The notes beneath the pieces were generated by a model. That model was not told the origin of the DNA. It worked only from the letters and a program-made list of their open reading frames with translations, and did not search any database. The position numbers were made by a program, and so were the translations under genes. DNA of 49,984 nucleotides, the filler included, from Bipalium vagum (lineage: Eukaryota): the NCBI GenBank assembly GCA_037834085.1. It is 3 parts of 3 records of this genome, joined end to end, with 100 filler letters (N's around TTAATTAATTAA, not from the genome) between each part and the next. Parts side by side here need not be neighbours in the genome. Positions count along the whole stretch, not along the records: positions 32,917 to 49,984 come from JBBMKC010080159.1; 2 more parts are not named here. One strand, given 5' to 3'. Of this stretch, positions 35,901-48,185 are shown one piece after another. The stretch's first letter is position 1. Every line of letters begins with the position of its first letter.

Positions 35901-38900
35901 ATTAAAAAGAAGAAAGGTTACCAGAAAGATGTACAACGAATGCATCATGGGATAAACGTGGAGCCAATCTTTGGAATGGGAATGTCTCCTCTTCTTCATG
36001 ACATCCCAGGACAATTGAAATGTTTCCGTTTCTTTTGTTACGATGTCGTACTTGTGGATGGTACCCTTTTCGCTATTCTTCCACCAAATGTGATTGGCTG
36101 CGAAAATGATAATTTTATTTAAATGAAGTTGAGAAATCAAAAGGAAAAAAGAAAGAAGCAGAACAAATGAAGAGTAGGAGAAACGGTGACAACAACAAGA
36201 CAAAGAGAATAAGAAGTGGGAGGAAAGATTAGGTGGTCAGAAAGCTCTCTTTAGAAGTACCGTGATCGTCGACTACCAGCTCCGTGGTATCAGCAACACC
36301 TCTCCAAATGACTTTGGCATCGCTTCCGTCCAGATTGGCCTGGTAGAATTCCGTGATGTTCAATCGATCTCCCGGGTCGGCTTCGCACCAAAATAAAAGT
36401 CTAAACATCATTTAAATCGTTTCTTCTAGTAGTAACAATTTTGAACTTCAGTGTCGAGTGAACGGCAATCGTGCCCATGATTTTGTGCTGGATTTGAGAA
36501 GAATAAACCAGCTTCCGCCATGACCTTTGGGAATTGGGAAAAGGCAATCGAATCAAGGTGATCCTGCTCCAAAACGAGCTGGTAATGGCAACATAGAGAT
36601 TGTTTCTAACGATGTCCAGACCGATACTGGTGATTCTTTCCGTCAACAGACACAGAATCTGCCGCTCATCTTCCGAATAGGAACTGGTACTGGTCTTCAC
36701 GACACACTGGAGGGTGTGATGAAGGGAGCCAAAAAAGAAACATATCAAGGTTTCCGTTATATTATTATATTATTATTCGACGGAAACACAAGCGATAAAA
36801 AAACAATAGTTAATGTACTTACTCGATTACCATAAAAAACCCGATTTATTTATTTTAGAAAGGAATTTGTAACTCTAGTTTGTTTATTGATGTAATATTG
36901 ATTATTATTGATGGCGCAATCTAATGATAAGAAAATATTAATCTTAATCTACTATGAGAGGATTCTCATAACCACAGTACGAACCAATTAAAAGTCTTGT
37001 TCCCAGCATAACCACTATTAACCAACCAGCACAGTCTCCAGATTTAAATGCAAACGGTTTCCTTACATCTCTCAATAAGTGAGTTCTTAGAAATAAATGT
37101 AAGTATTAACACTAAAGTAACGGATTTTTTATGTATCCCTAATAAGGCCAAAAGGTGCTTTGTGACACCTATAAAATTTTTGTCATTTACAACAATTTTT
37201 ACGCAGCACCGGTTGGTCAACTGGACACTTCTCACAACAATGCTTTTGGCAAATTGAACATATTTTGATTGGTATATTTCCGGAACAGAATTTAATTTGT
37301 TACTTCTTTATCCGTAGATTGAGCATTGTTAAAGTGCTAGTTGATAAATTTTCATCTGGTTGTTTAGGAATTGATTTGTGGTTAGCAAAGAATTTGTCTT
37401 CCAATTGTAATAGTCATTCCTTGAAATATTATCACCAGTAGTTTCCTTGTATATGTAGAGTCCACGGGTTTATTAATGCCAAGTCAAGAACATTATAAAA
37501 GACATGCATTTGTCATATATTGTTTGTACATTTAACGGTAAGCCTCCAGACATTTGGTCTATAACCTCCGCTACAAACTTCGTTTTATTATAATTAGCAA
37601 TAGTTTCAGGAAGCATTTTGTGAGACCTGTCGTTTGTTACACTGTTATAAATTAACACTTTTGTTAGGCTTGCTTTGGTAAATGTTTAATGTGATATCTA
37701 TAGAGTGGAATAATTTCATCGAAAATTATTTTAGCAGATGTCGGTAGTTGTTTTTTATCTGTACGAATGGTTCCCATGATTGATGTTTTTTATTTTAAAA
37801 ACTGCAAAGCTACTTAAATACATGTGGAAAAGTTATCAGTTATATTTCTACTTCATCCCAAAATTGATTGACTAAGCTTCATTATAACATATTCCAATTA
37901 AAAATCTTTTAAAAATTAACTTTTTTAAAAAAACTAAAAATCTAAAGGATATTTAGAGAATTTTTAAAAATTGTTAAATAAAAAAGTTTTTAAAATAAAA
38001 TTAAGGGTGACAACGGTTAATAAATTTCATCTAATTAACATTTTACTGGAAAACTGACAATTATCCATTTGTTTTAATATTGACATTTTGTTATGGAATT
38101 TCTAAATCAATCAGAAATAGATTTTATTTAAATAAAATTTATTATCAATTGTTCTTTATGAATTTAAATGATGAAGAAAAGAGTGATTATTTTATAAGTT
38201 AAAATTTGATATTTAATTCAAAAGTTTGTGCGCGATTTTATTAAAAATTTTTAATAAAATGATTTTATTTTCCATTAACATAGTCGCCATTTCTCTCCAA
38301 AATTAATTACCAACGATTTATAAGGTTTACGATCCCATATTTTAAAAATTCCCTTGGTTTTCCTAGAATAAAGTCGCTAAGATGAGTTTTAACAGCCTCT
38401 TCAGAACAAAACTTCCTTCCACTCAAAATGCTGCTTAAGGAACGGAATAGATAAAAATCTATTGGATTTTGCAAAATTTCATATTCTATTTCTCGTAGTT
38501 TTTCTAATGTCTTATATATGCAATGTGAGGTCTAGCATTATCATGGTGAAAGATTACTCATTTCTATTTATTAAAGCAGGATGACTTTGACGAATTGCAG
38601 CAACGATTCTTGAGGATTGATCACAGTATTTATCTTCAATTATTCTTTCACCATGTTGGAGCAGTTCAGAATATATAATGACTTTGCAATTCAGCCAAAT
38701 ACCTTCATTTAATGTTGATCAGTCTCTGGGACTTGTTCTGAGTTTTCATTGGCTTTCTTTCAGGTTCTTTTATGCTGCATGTTATTGTACAGGATCCACT
38801 GTTATTAATCTAACCAAAAAAGTTCATTGTTATTTCGTGGAAAAAAAAATGCCGACATCCATACACTGCAGTTTATCCCTTTCGGTCAATGTATGCGACA

Positions 38901-41900
38901 CCGAAGAATCGAATTTAGAAACGTAATCCTGGATCTTTAAATAACAAAGTGCGGTCGAAATATTTAAGCCAAGATCAGTAACAATCTCCTGTTTTGAAAT
39001 CCTCGATTTTTTTTGGAACATTTTACCAATGATGTTTCCTTTAATTATCGTAGGTCGTCCAGAACGCGATTGATATTCCAAGCTAAAATCCCAATCACGA
39101 AATCATCGAAACCATTTCTCAATAGCCCTTAGAGAAGGAGCGCCATCCAAATAGTAAAAAAGTGCCATAAAATAATGCGAACAGAGAGCGTCCATTGCAT
39201 GTCAGAACATGTATATGAGTGCGCGTAAAGTTTTGAAAAAAATCATCAAGAATCATTTTAAAACAGAAATAGGTAACGGTATAGTATCTTCCCCAATAAA
39301 TAATATCAATATCTTATCTGAAAGAAGTTTTTTAATATAAGTATGAAAAAGTTTTCTGATTAAATTGACATATAAAAGTTATTAACAAAATAAATATTCA
39401 AATTTCACGTGGTAACCATTTAATTAAAGGCAAACTTGAATTCCTTGAATCTGATTGGATGAAATATTTTTGAAAATACTTTTAAATAAAAATTACCGCC
39501 TTTGATCGAGAATGAAATTTTTGAGATTCCCCTGTCAAACTTACGAATAATATTATATTACATTCTTTGGAGAAAGATTCCAGGAATTCGTTTTATATCC
39601 ATCCTTCCCCACACCATTAAAAAAGACTTTCAATTTTGGTTTCGATTGCGTGCAAAAAAATTAATGGTTTTTAATAAAATTTCAAAAAACAATAAAAAAT
39701 TTTAAATAAATTCAAAATCGGAAAATGTGCAAAATCAATAAAAATTTTAAATAGATAAAAATTTAAATGATTGATTTCCAAGGAAAAATCAATTCAAAGT
39801 TTGGAATGTGTGAAATTTTAGATTCAAAGGGTCAAAACTGAAGAAAGAGGTAAAAAAGGAAAAATCGATAAAAAATCATTGTAGTAATAATCTCACGTTG
39901 GTGATCTCATTGACCCAATACACATGATTTCTGAAGTGATCCAATACCAAAGAAACAATGGCCACACGACTCTTTGTTGAGTCCGAGCTGAAGTCCTCCT
40001 TTCCCAGGGATATGACAACCCTATAATAATAATAATAAAATAATAATAATAATAAAAGCAAAAATAAAGAATAAAAGAAGAGTGATGAATGTGTGGACAA
40101 GCAATAGTAATCAATTATGATTACGAACCTTGATCCAGCCCCGCCATCGCCGACACCGCTACCGTCGGTGTAGGAAGATGAGGACGACAACTGATGGGTG
40201 ACCATTGTAGACCGATTGTAATAGACGAACATTTTTGAGGAGCGACTGCACCGGGACGAGTTAAGCAGCACATGGGCCGGATTGGAACAGCCACACGAGT
40301 ACGATTGGTCATTGTGTCTGGTTGGAAAGCAGAGCTGGTCGCATTTGTTGTTGAACCCGTCGCGACAGGGAGCATCTGAAGGGAGAAAATACCAACATGA
40401 ACAAAAAAACGAAAGGAAAGGGGGTTCTTACGGATCAGTTCATTCGTTGCGTCGGGAGCCGTCGTTGTCGTTGCGCCTGTAAACTCGTCCGCCCTAGAGA
40501 TGACAATGACAGGCATGGTGGGCGCTCGCAGGTAATGGGTCATCGTCAGCACTGAGCGCATCGAGCCATCGGACTTTATCATGTTCACCGAAAGGTTCTC
40601 GATATCCGTCCAGTAAATGAAGTCGTCTGAATGCAACACCCAATGTGAAAGGCGACCTCTTCACTGTCGTTTCTCACACAACCCTTACCGTTATACGTCA
40701 GGCTGAAAAAGTCGGGAAACTTCCGAGCTATAACTCGCTTGTCCGTTCCTTGATAATTGATGGCGATCATCTCGTCGCGAGCGGAATCGACGAAAAACAA
40801 CCGGTGACCTTTTTCATCGTGCGCCAGACCCAGGGGGAAGATTACATTTGGTGACTTTATCACACAAAACCTTTATNNNNNNNNNNNNNNNNNNNNNNNN
40901 NNNNNNNNNNNNNNNNNNNNNNNNNNNNNNNNNNNNNNNNNNNNNNNNNNNNNNNNNNNNNNNNNNNNNNNNNNNNNNNNNNNNNNNNNNNNNNNNNNNN
41001 NNNNNNNAATTAATGATATTAATATTAATGTTATTTAATAATAAAAATAATTAATAATAATATTATAATAATTAAAAAATAAAAAAATAATTAATAATTA
41101 TAAAAATAATAATAATTAAAATAAAATAAAATTAACTAAAAATTAAAAATTATTAATAATAAAAATATTATTATTATAATAATAAAAATAATATTTATAA
41201 AAATATAAATTAATTTAAAAATTAAAACTAATAATATTATCACTTAAACTAATATTAATTAATGACTTATGACTGCCGTCGAGCCAGTATCGTTCGATGA
41301 AGGCCGTGGAGTCGACAATGATGGACACGAAGAGGAAGCGGTTGACGCTGTCGACGACGAGTTGGCCGGGCTGCTGTGATTGTCGCCGGCGAGAGTTGAC
41401 GGAGTTGAAGTTGTCCTTGGAAGCCGCATTCGGCATCCAGGACAGCAGCAGAGCAGCATATTTGAGCCGGTTGAACGAGCTAATGCGAGCGACCCAAACC
41501 TCGGAGCTGCGGTCGTTCATCCAGTATATGTTGCGCGAAACGTCGTCAATGGCAAAGCTGCCCGGGATTCGCGAAATGACGGGCAAGTCCAGGCGCAGCC
41601 TTTTTGGGGTCGCGTACTGGTTCAAGGAGAACGAGAAGATAGAGCTCGAGTTGTAGTCAGAGTAGAGTAGAGACTGCGAAACGGAGTCGTACGCCAATCG
41701 GAATGGGATGCCGGCATTCTCAAACAACGGCTCCAAGTGCTTGTCCCTGCTGTCCAAGGACAGATGGTAGATTTGCGGGTGACTGGCCACAATGAGGGAT
41801 CGCGACGGATGGGTGGGGCATTTCAAAGAGGTTTTGTTGGACCTTTGCAAGTCGATACCTGTCGAGCAGACGCATCGGTAGGCGGGCTGGGCGTCGGACG

Positions 41901-42780
41901 TCGGAAGGCAGATGGAAGGGCAGGAGTGTCTGGCGCAAGGACCGGTTCGGTTTTCTGAAGATCATTGTTCGGTAATGGCGATCAGCACTCATAAAAGGAC
42001 CCAACCTCCCCTGATTGAGAACTGGTGGCGAGTGGCCACAATCGCCGTTGGAACAATTGATTGGTCATGGTTCAGCAGCTCCGCTGCTCCCGGGCCGCAG
42101 GTGAACGGCGCAGCCAGCAACCGATCGTCGTGGATGAAAATCAGCTTTCCATCCGTAAAGGTCAAAAATGACGGACTGAGATATTTCCATTCTGTTGGAG
42201 ACCGGTAACGTGATCTTGATCAATATTAACGTTACCTCCTTTGAGAATCATGTTGCAACGCGTCTGTCCCTGATAATCGACCCTGTGGACCTTGCCCTCC
42301 ATGCCCCACCAAAACAGCATTTTTCTATGCCTATCGATCGCCAGGCTGGAGCTTTTGTACTGGGGCGATCGATAAATCACTCGACGTTCGGATCCGTCCA
42401 GGCGCGCTCGTTCCAAAACCATATCGGCGCCAATTTGGAGCCAGAACAGATATCTGCAAAGGAAAGTCGTAAAGGAAATCGGTTCCAGAGAGGCTTGGCC
42501 TAATCCATGTGGAAATTAGGCCTACTCACTGTTCGCTCGGGTCGACGACCAGCGAGTGGATGTCGGCCATGGCCCTTGTGAACAATATTCGTCGTCGCTG
42601 TCGCGGGATCGGCGCGTGCAGCCCACCGCTCAGGTCGACGATCTCAATGAATCGGTTGGTCTTGTCAGCCCAGTACAGGTTGCTGTTCAGCCAATCCACG
42701 GCGACCGATTCGGCTGACTGCACGGGGTACTCCAGCACGTCGCGCACCTCTCCACCCTTGACGCTCGTGAAGTTTATGCT
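32973..42780 (-). CDS. LDL-receptor-related protein family member (tandem YWTD beta-propeller + EGF modules), partial
   Basis: Exons 42780-42530, 42453-42236, 42191-42006, 41954-~41267, then approximately 40860-40689, 40626-40431, 40375-40129, 40020-39898, 36706-36446, 36400-36261, 36098-35920, 33310-32973. Motifs: SVAVDWLNSNLYWAD, LERARLDGSERR, FAIDDVSRNIYW, IERYWLDGS, FIYWTD, YQANLDGSD. Three EGF repeats: CARHSCPSICLP..YRCVCSTG, CDQLCFP..YSCGCSNP, CSQFCLP..CGCGSIFSLSADGSTC. Subfamily (LRP4, 5/6, 1/2) not determinable. Confidence 0.88.
33441..34330 (-). mobile_element. Degraded DD41D (rosa)-like Tc1/mariner element
   Basis: RFGDFDW, DLMALDYFLCGYLQDTVHANHPATV (cf. WPPRSPDLTPLDFFLWGYLK..VY.NKP), NRQNWRIW, KVTVWYGIWATGVIGSFFFE. 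Confidence 0.75.
34608..35168 (+). mobile_element. Internally deleted mariner-like element
   Basis: MQDNAHNDVA...IPQPHNSPNMNLVDQFIF (DNARPH and PYSPDL motifs); short imperfect inverted ends ggaaaaccccaaaa and ttttatgggtttcc. Confidence 0.65.
35465..35900. repeat. Low-complexity TTA/AT tract
   Basis: Almost entirely A/T with degenerate (TTA)n; similar tracts flank gaps at 41008-41260 and 43101-43345. Confidence 0.8.
37020..38020 (-). mobile_element. Degraded piggyBac-family (PGBD4-like) element
   Basis: DNFSTC, TSIMGTIRTDKKQLP, LPETIANYNKTKFVAEVIDQM (cf. P..I..YNKTK.GVD..DQM), Cys-rich tail; right end ...caacgg-TTAA. Confidence 0.75.
38210..39320 (-). mobile_element. Degraded mariner element
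   Basis: WFR*FRDWDFSLEYQSRSGRPT, YVSKFDSSVSHTLTE, HHDNARPH, YLFRSLSS..GRKF, GIVNLINRW remnants. Confidence 0.82.
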
Positions 42781-43362
42781 CTGATCACGACCAAGAAAAC
42801 GTCATACAAGGATCAAATGAAAATATCGATTTTATTTTACTTCATTTTGTCAAAAAAAACATTTATTAATTTCATAATGATAAATATTTCTTCGTTATCT
42901 TAATTAATTTTTTATTATTATTAATTATAATTATTGTAAATTTAATTCTTTTAATTTTCATTTCATAATTTNNNNNNNNNNNNNNNNNNNNNNNNNNNNN
43001 NNNNNNNNNNNNNNNNNNNNNNNNNNNNNNNNNNNNNNNNNNNNNNNNNNNNNNNNNNNNNNNNNNNNNNNNNNNNNNNNNNNNNNNNNNNNNNNNNNNN
43101 ACTTATTATTTTTATTGATTTTATTTTATTAATTTATTATTGTTATTGGTTTAATTTTATTAATTTATTTTATTGATTAATTAATTAATTTTAATTATTG
43201 ATTTACCTTAATTAATTTATTTTTATAATTGATTTACTTTTAGCTTTTTCTTTAATTACATTGATTGTTAAATTATATTGATTAAAGTAATTTTTATTAT
43301 TTATTTATTTAATATTATTATTTCCACGATTATTATAATAATTATTAGAAGTCATCTGAAAC

Positions 43363-43623
43363 TTAAAATGCACCCTTTCTATGAAAGACATCACAGGACA
43401 AATTACGGAAGACAATGGACATGTTTACCTTCAATAGAGATTTTCCGTTATCCGAAAGAATGACAAAGTAAATGTTCTTCGACACAAAAACGTCAGCCGA
43501 TGATAATTTCCAATCTTTGTTGTACATAATGTCAACTCCGTTACGATGATCTAAGACCTTTGCTGGTACGCACTGAACGCAAAGAACTACATAAATACAT
43601 TGGTAAAATAGAACTAGAGCCAC
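43363..43623 (-). CDS. Possible exon of a secreted protein (perhaps an upstream exon of the LRP-like gene)
   Basis: Open frame with moderate GC in an AT desert, hydrophobic start (LVLFYQCIYVVLCVQC) and a blade-like segment (ADVFVSKNIYFVILSD). No ATG or acceptor confidently found; separated from the LRP exons by a gap. Confidence 0.25.
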   Translation of the reverse strand: MALVLFYQCIYVVLCVQCVPAKVLDHRNGVDIMYNKDWKLSSADVFVSKNIYFVILSDNGKSLLKVNMSIVFRNLSCDVFHRKGAF

Positions 43624-45370
43624 CGTTTACGCTTTACTTGTCAATGATATAAAAATTCTTGTATCCATATCAATATTTCACAAGACACAGTCTTGTTTTG
43701 CGTTTCAAAATTGAGTGATGCACAGATGAAGTTTTGATTTTATGCCCAGAGAGTTCATAAAATTGATTCGATTAAACAAACCACAATCTTTGTCTTTATG
43801 TTGTCATGTGTTTTATTTAAGAAATTTAAATTAAGTTTTTATTATATTTCCTTCCCCTAAACATTTTTATCAATTAAAAAATATTATTATTGATTTATTA
43901 ATAAAAAATCAGGTTATCATTAATTATTTAAGATCTTTTAAATTTATATAAAATCAATAATCATCAATTTCTTGAAATTAATATAATAAATTTATTTTTT
44001 ATATATAATCAATATATTATAATAATGATTATATATAAAATAATTGATTATATAATATAATATATAATATTTAACCATTTATTGGAATTAATTACTGAAA
44101 ATCGATACATTGTTATATTTTTAAAAATCAATACATTTTGACACGTTATTTTATAATTTTGTACATGAATTTTCAAATGTCGACATTTCATTATTAAATT
44201 TTTTGAATTTTTTTTTAAAAATTTATTTTATAAACAAAAACATTTCAAATAATATCAAAGTTATAAAATTGAAAAGAAAAATTTTGAAAAATAAGTAACA
44301 AACCCGGTGAGTTTAGATAATCATTGTGATATCTATCTATAATTAACAATGGAAAGAAAATAGAAATGCAACTTTTATCATTGTTCTTTTTATTAATTGA
44401 GATGTCAATCCATTTTTTCACGAACTAAAAATAAAATTTCATCTATTCTATGGGAGATTGTAATAATGGATCCCTTTTGTAATGTTTGTTTCAGGACTCC
44501 GATAACATGAGATGGTGTGTGGTGAATATATTTTTAAAAGAAAATCTTTTTTTAAAACAATAATAATATTTTTATTTTGTACTGATAATATATCACGATA
44601 ATAAAATAATATTATTTCAGTTACCTTACCTCTCTTGCACCATTTTTCCAGCTTGCTTTATGTACAGAAAATTGCCAGACTCTTACAAACTTCTCATTAT
44701 TGTTAATACAATTCATTATATAAAATATAAATATAAATATTTTGTTTCAGTTTCTTTTTCCTACTTTATTTTCCCAGACTGTACAAAAAAAGTATTTCCA
44801 CAAGCTGGTGTCTTTAAATTAATAATAATTATGAAAAAATAATAAATTTATAAATATTATTTATTAACATAATAATAATAATATTATTATTATTGAATTT
44901 ATGTATAAAATTAAATTTAAAATATTACAAGAAACTTTTGTAAAAAAATAAAGGAATTCTGAGCTACTGATTAAGTTATAGAAGTCCTCTAAGTGAAATG
45001 ACAGAAAATAGGAAATTTCAATAATTACTACGCCTGTGTAACAGCCTAAAATCAATGAAGATTGACCTGGTCGGCCAAATAAATAAAAATCATAGAACCA
45101 TACATCGACTGTGTCGAAATAGGGGAAATAAACTTGTTGTCTGTCAGTTAAGTATGGAAATATATTTTATTTAGATCTTTCTATATTTTTAAAAGAAGAT
45201 TTTGTTTTAATGAATAAATGATGAAAAGCATTTTTAAATTTAGTTGAGTCAATATTTGAAAATTGATTTAATTCGATGTTATTATTGCAATGGAAATCCC
45301 CTTAAAGCTGCAATTTGGGAAATCATACCACAAAAAATTTTAAATAAGAACCCATATACATGATGTTCAT

Positions 45371-45488
45371 TGTGAGATAAATTAAAAATTAGTCGGGGAA
45401 TGTAGCTCAGCGGTCAGAGCAGGCCATGCACATGTTAATCCCGGCATCTCTGATTAATTTTCAACTAACATGGCGACCACACCAGGAC
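45371..45488 (+). mobile_element. 5' LTR-like tRNA-derived repeat followed by a primer-binding site
   Basis: TGTGAGATAAATT...TTTTCAACTAACA (45371-45470), homologous to 15323-15434 but with the B box deleted, followed directly by TGGCGACCACACCAGGAC (complement of a tRNA 3' end ...GTGGTCGCCA). Confidence 0.72.
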
Positions 45489-45699
45489 ACCAACCAGCGG
45501 AAGAGGTCTCGAATGATAAAAAATTAAAGGAAATTGAAGTAAAAGAGACTCGGATAAAAGTTTCGGAGTATTTTGAGGAAACTGGAAGTGTTATCAATAT
45601 ACTTCATACGTCATGTTCCTTGGACACTGAACTTAAAATCTCCATAAAATCATACTGTAACAATGTTATTTATAAAATTCAAATTATTACTACGCTTAA

Positions 45700-45873
45700 T
45701 TTGATTATAAATTAGAATCGATGCCGTTAATCAATAACTTCAGTGGATTACATGAAATCTATATGGCATTTAGTTGAAAGTCTGCGTTAACTATTCCTAA
45801 CATTGTGTTTCACATTTAAAGTTTTTTACTCTAATTTTTAAGCGCTGTTCCTGAACTTTTTGAACCTACTGTG
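45700..45873. mobile_element. Tc1-like terminal fragment
   Basis: gttcctgaactttttgaacctactgtgta resembles a Tc1 right TIR. Confidence 0.35.
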
Positions 45874-46255
45874 TATAGCAGAAATCAATATTATTTAACA
45901 CCTATGGATTTTCTTTAATTAGAAATTACTAAAAATAAATTAAAATTTTCGTTTCAATATTAATGAAATTGGTTTATTGTGCAACTAAAAAGTCGTTACT
46001 GCAATCGGGAACGTTGAAACCGACGTTGATTTGGCAATTTGTTAATGACATTTTGATTATTGAGATTGAGCATCTTTGAGATTCCTATAACATTTCCGCC
46101 ATCAAAAATAGGATACTTATAACCCAACAAATGAAAAGTACAGATCTGTTCCTTTTATTATTTTTTGAATCCATACCTACATTTCTGTACTTTCTTTAAA
46201 CATGTGAACTGTATCCCATCAAGCACACCTCGCGAATTTGAAATTGAAACATATA

Positions 46256-46477
46256 TGGTTGTTTAGAAAGTCACTTCGCATTTTTTAGTAAAAAGTAAGA
46301 CCAAAAGTTATTTTAGTAATAAATATTTTAATCAATAATATATTGTCCTTTTTGTTCCCAGACCTTGTGCCATCTACCAGGTAATTTGAATATCCTAACC
46401 TTTAAAATGACTTAAGTGCTTGATATTAAGATTTAAAGATAGATATACAAAGCGAAGTGACTTTCCGAACAACCCAA
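46256..46477. mobile_element. Mariner-derived MITE
   Basis: Inverted repeats tggttgtttagaaagtcacttcgcatttt and aaagcgaagtgactttccgaacaacccaa around a non-coding core. Confidence 0.78.
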
Positions 46478-46519
46478 GAATTTCGATTGGATCCCTTTAT
46501 AATACTGTAGACTTATAAA

Positions 46520-47290
46520 ATCTTTTTGCATTCAAGTGTCAAAATGTTGAAAAGACTTTCGCTCACGTTCTTTTCTATGATGATGAATTCAAAATCATCA
46601 TCTTTCTGATGATTATGAATTGTTAGATGCATATCAGGTACCTTGGATCATTCATAGCTTTGATCTCAATTTTGAGAGTTTTTACCTGATCACATACTTT
46701 CCGAATTCTATTCAAGAGATAGAGTAAGCATCCAGGAATCGCTCTCCTCAGCATTTAAATTGCTTAGTGATTATAAGAATGGCAGAAAAGTCTATCAGAC
46801 TTAAGATAGTCGAACATACTTACGTCCTTCCAATGTCTCTTTGAATTAATATCGTTTATTCTTATCTCTCAGATTTCACCTTCTCAGTCTTCATCTTTCA
46901 TTTTTCAGATTTTTTCATTATCCATTATACAGAAAGACCAAATTACTAAAGACCTGATTCGTGATTCACTGTTCCATTGGAAAGGGTGTGATGGATATTC
47001 TTCGAGAGGACTGCACAAAGAAAGATTTTTCAAGTTAGAATTTATCCCGGAATTCTTACAATTACTTCCATAACCAATTACTTTCCCGATCTCGTGTAAT
47101 CGTAATTCGTTGCCAATCTTTTTATAAAGTTTTTAATTGTCTGTAGTAATATTCGTGATTATTATTTTCATAAGTTAATTACCAAGATTCAATAATAATT
47201 AGAGCGGTAGTCAGCGTGCCAAGAAACTGTAATTGTCTCTTACTGCCTCCAATAGAAGGGTACTTGATCAGTTTTAAACGTTTTTTATTC
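46520..47290 (-). mobile_element. Possible highly degraded LTR-retrotransposon pol remnant
   Basis: Coding-like composition with scattered stops; KRQLQFLG resembles the RT-RNase H connection motif. Weak. Confidence 0.25.
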
Positions 47291-47414
47291 GATATTATTA
47301 CTTTATGATATTAATTTTTTCTTCATCTTCTTGAAAAATAAAAATCAATAAATACTCAAACATTTACCGACGAAAATGAATGGACAATTAAGTGTTTTAC
47401 AAAGGAAACTAAGA

Positions 47415-48185
47415 TTAAAAATATCGTGACCAGTGTTCATTTCTCTTATACTCCGACGGAAGAGAGCTGTCCACATAATCTGACAAAACGCAAAGTTTCC
47501 GGTCGGCTTTTGAATCAGAAAAGTAGAATGATTTGCAAAACGGAAATTGTAGACATCTGAATTAAATCGATGAAAAATTACTTAATATATTTACAAAATC
47601 GATTATTAACTTTCTTGCACACTGAATTTTTGTTCTTATAAAATATTTCGTATGACATCCTTTTTGATCTTTCTCATTAAATGGAACCTTTGAGTCTCTT
47701 GTAAATTTTTTTGACATTGTCGTTGCCACAGGCTTCAAATAAATGCAAACAACTTTAAGCATTTCTAGACACGATCGATCATCAATTGATTTGGACATGA
47801 GACCTGTGCAATCCTCACTTTGTCGAAAATTATTGGGCTCTCCCGGTTCCCAAAGATAAGTCTCCTTGAAAACCGAACCATCACCTTGAAGCCAACCGTC
47901 TCGAGATGTTTGTCTTTCATTAAACAAGTCGTTGATGCTTGTCCAATAGCATATCCAAGGGCCAAATATAAGGCTTGGTAGTACAGACCTGACTTCATTT
48001 CCCAGTATCAGTCGACCATTATCATTTGTGCACGCTTTCCACGCATCACAAAAAGTCATTTTACTCTCTATGGTGAAAAAACATATTTTTTCTCGTACCT
48101 TGTATGGGGATGGACATTTCGACTGCACTCCATAGGGAAAACATCCGAGAACAAAAATTTTCATTAAAATAAAAAACCCTTTCAT
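47415..48185 (-). CDS. Secreted C-type lectin with C-terminal PAN/Apple-like domain
   Basis: Exons 48185-47611 and 47556-47415 (54-bp GT-AG intron, phase 2). Signal peptide MKGFFILMKIFVLGCFPYGVQS; CTLD CP..Y....ICF, FCDAWKAC, YWTSIND, WEPGEPNN...EDC, IDDRSC..VVC; tail TKIQCARKCLQFPFCKSFYF...LCVL. Confidence 0.9.

Noticed and set aside
23487-42780. Functional linkage of Ku70 and the LRP-like gene
   Set aside because: They are separated by an artificial spacer, so adjacency is unsupported.
41297-42784. Plus-strand ORFs of 70-120 aa
   Set aside because: Antisense shadows of GC-rich LRP-like exons, with no motifs of their own.
45470-45715. 81-aa ORF as a gene
   Set aside because: Its ATG is formed by the LTR end plus PBS (A|TGG); no recognisable domain.
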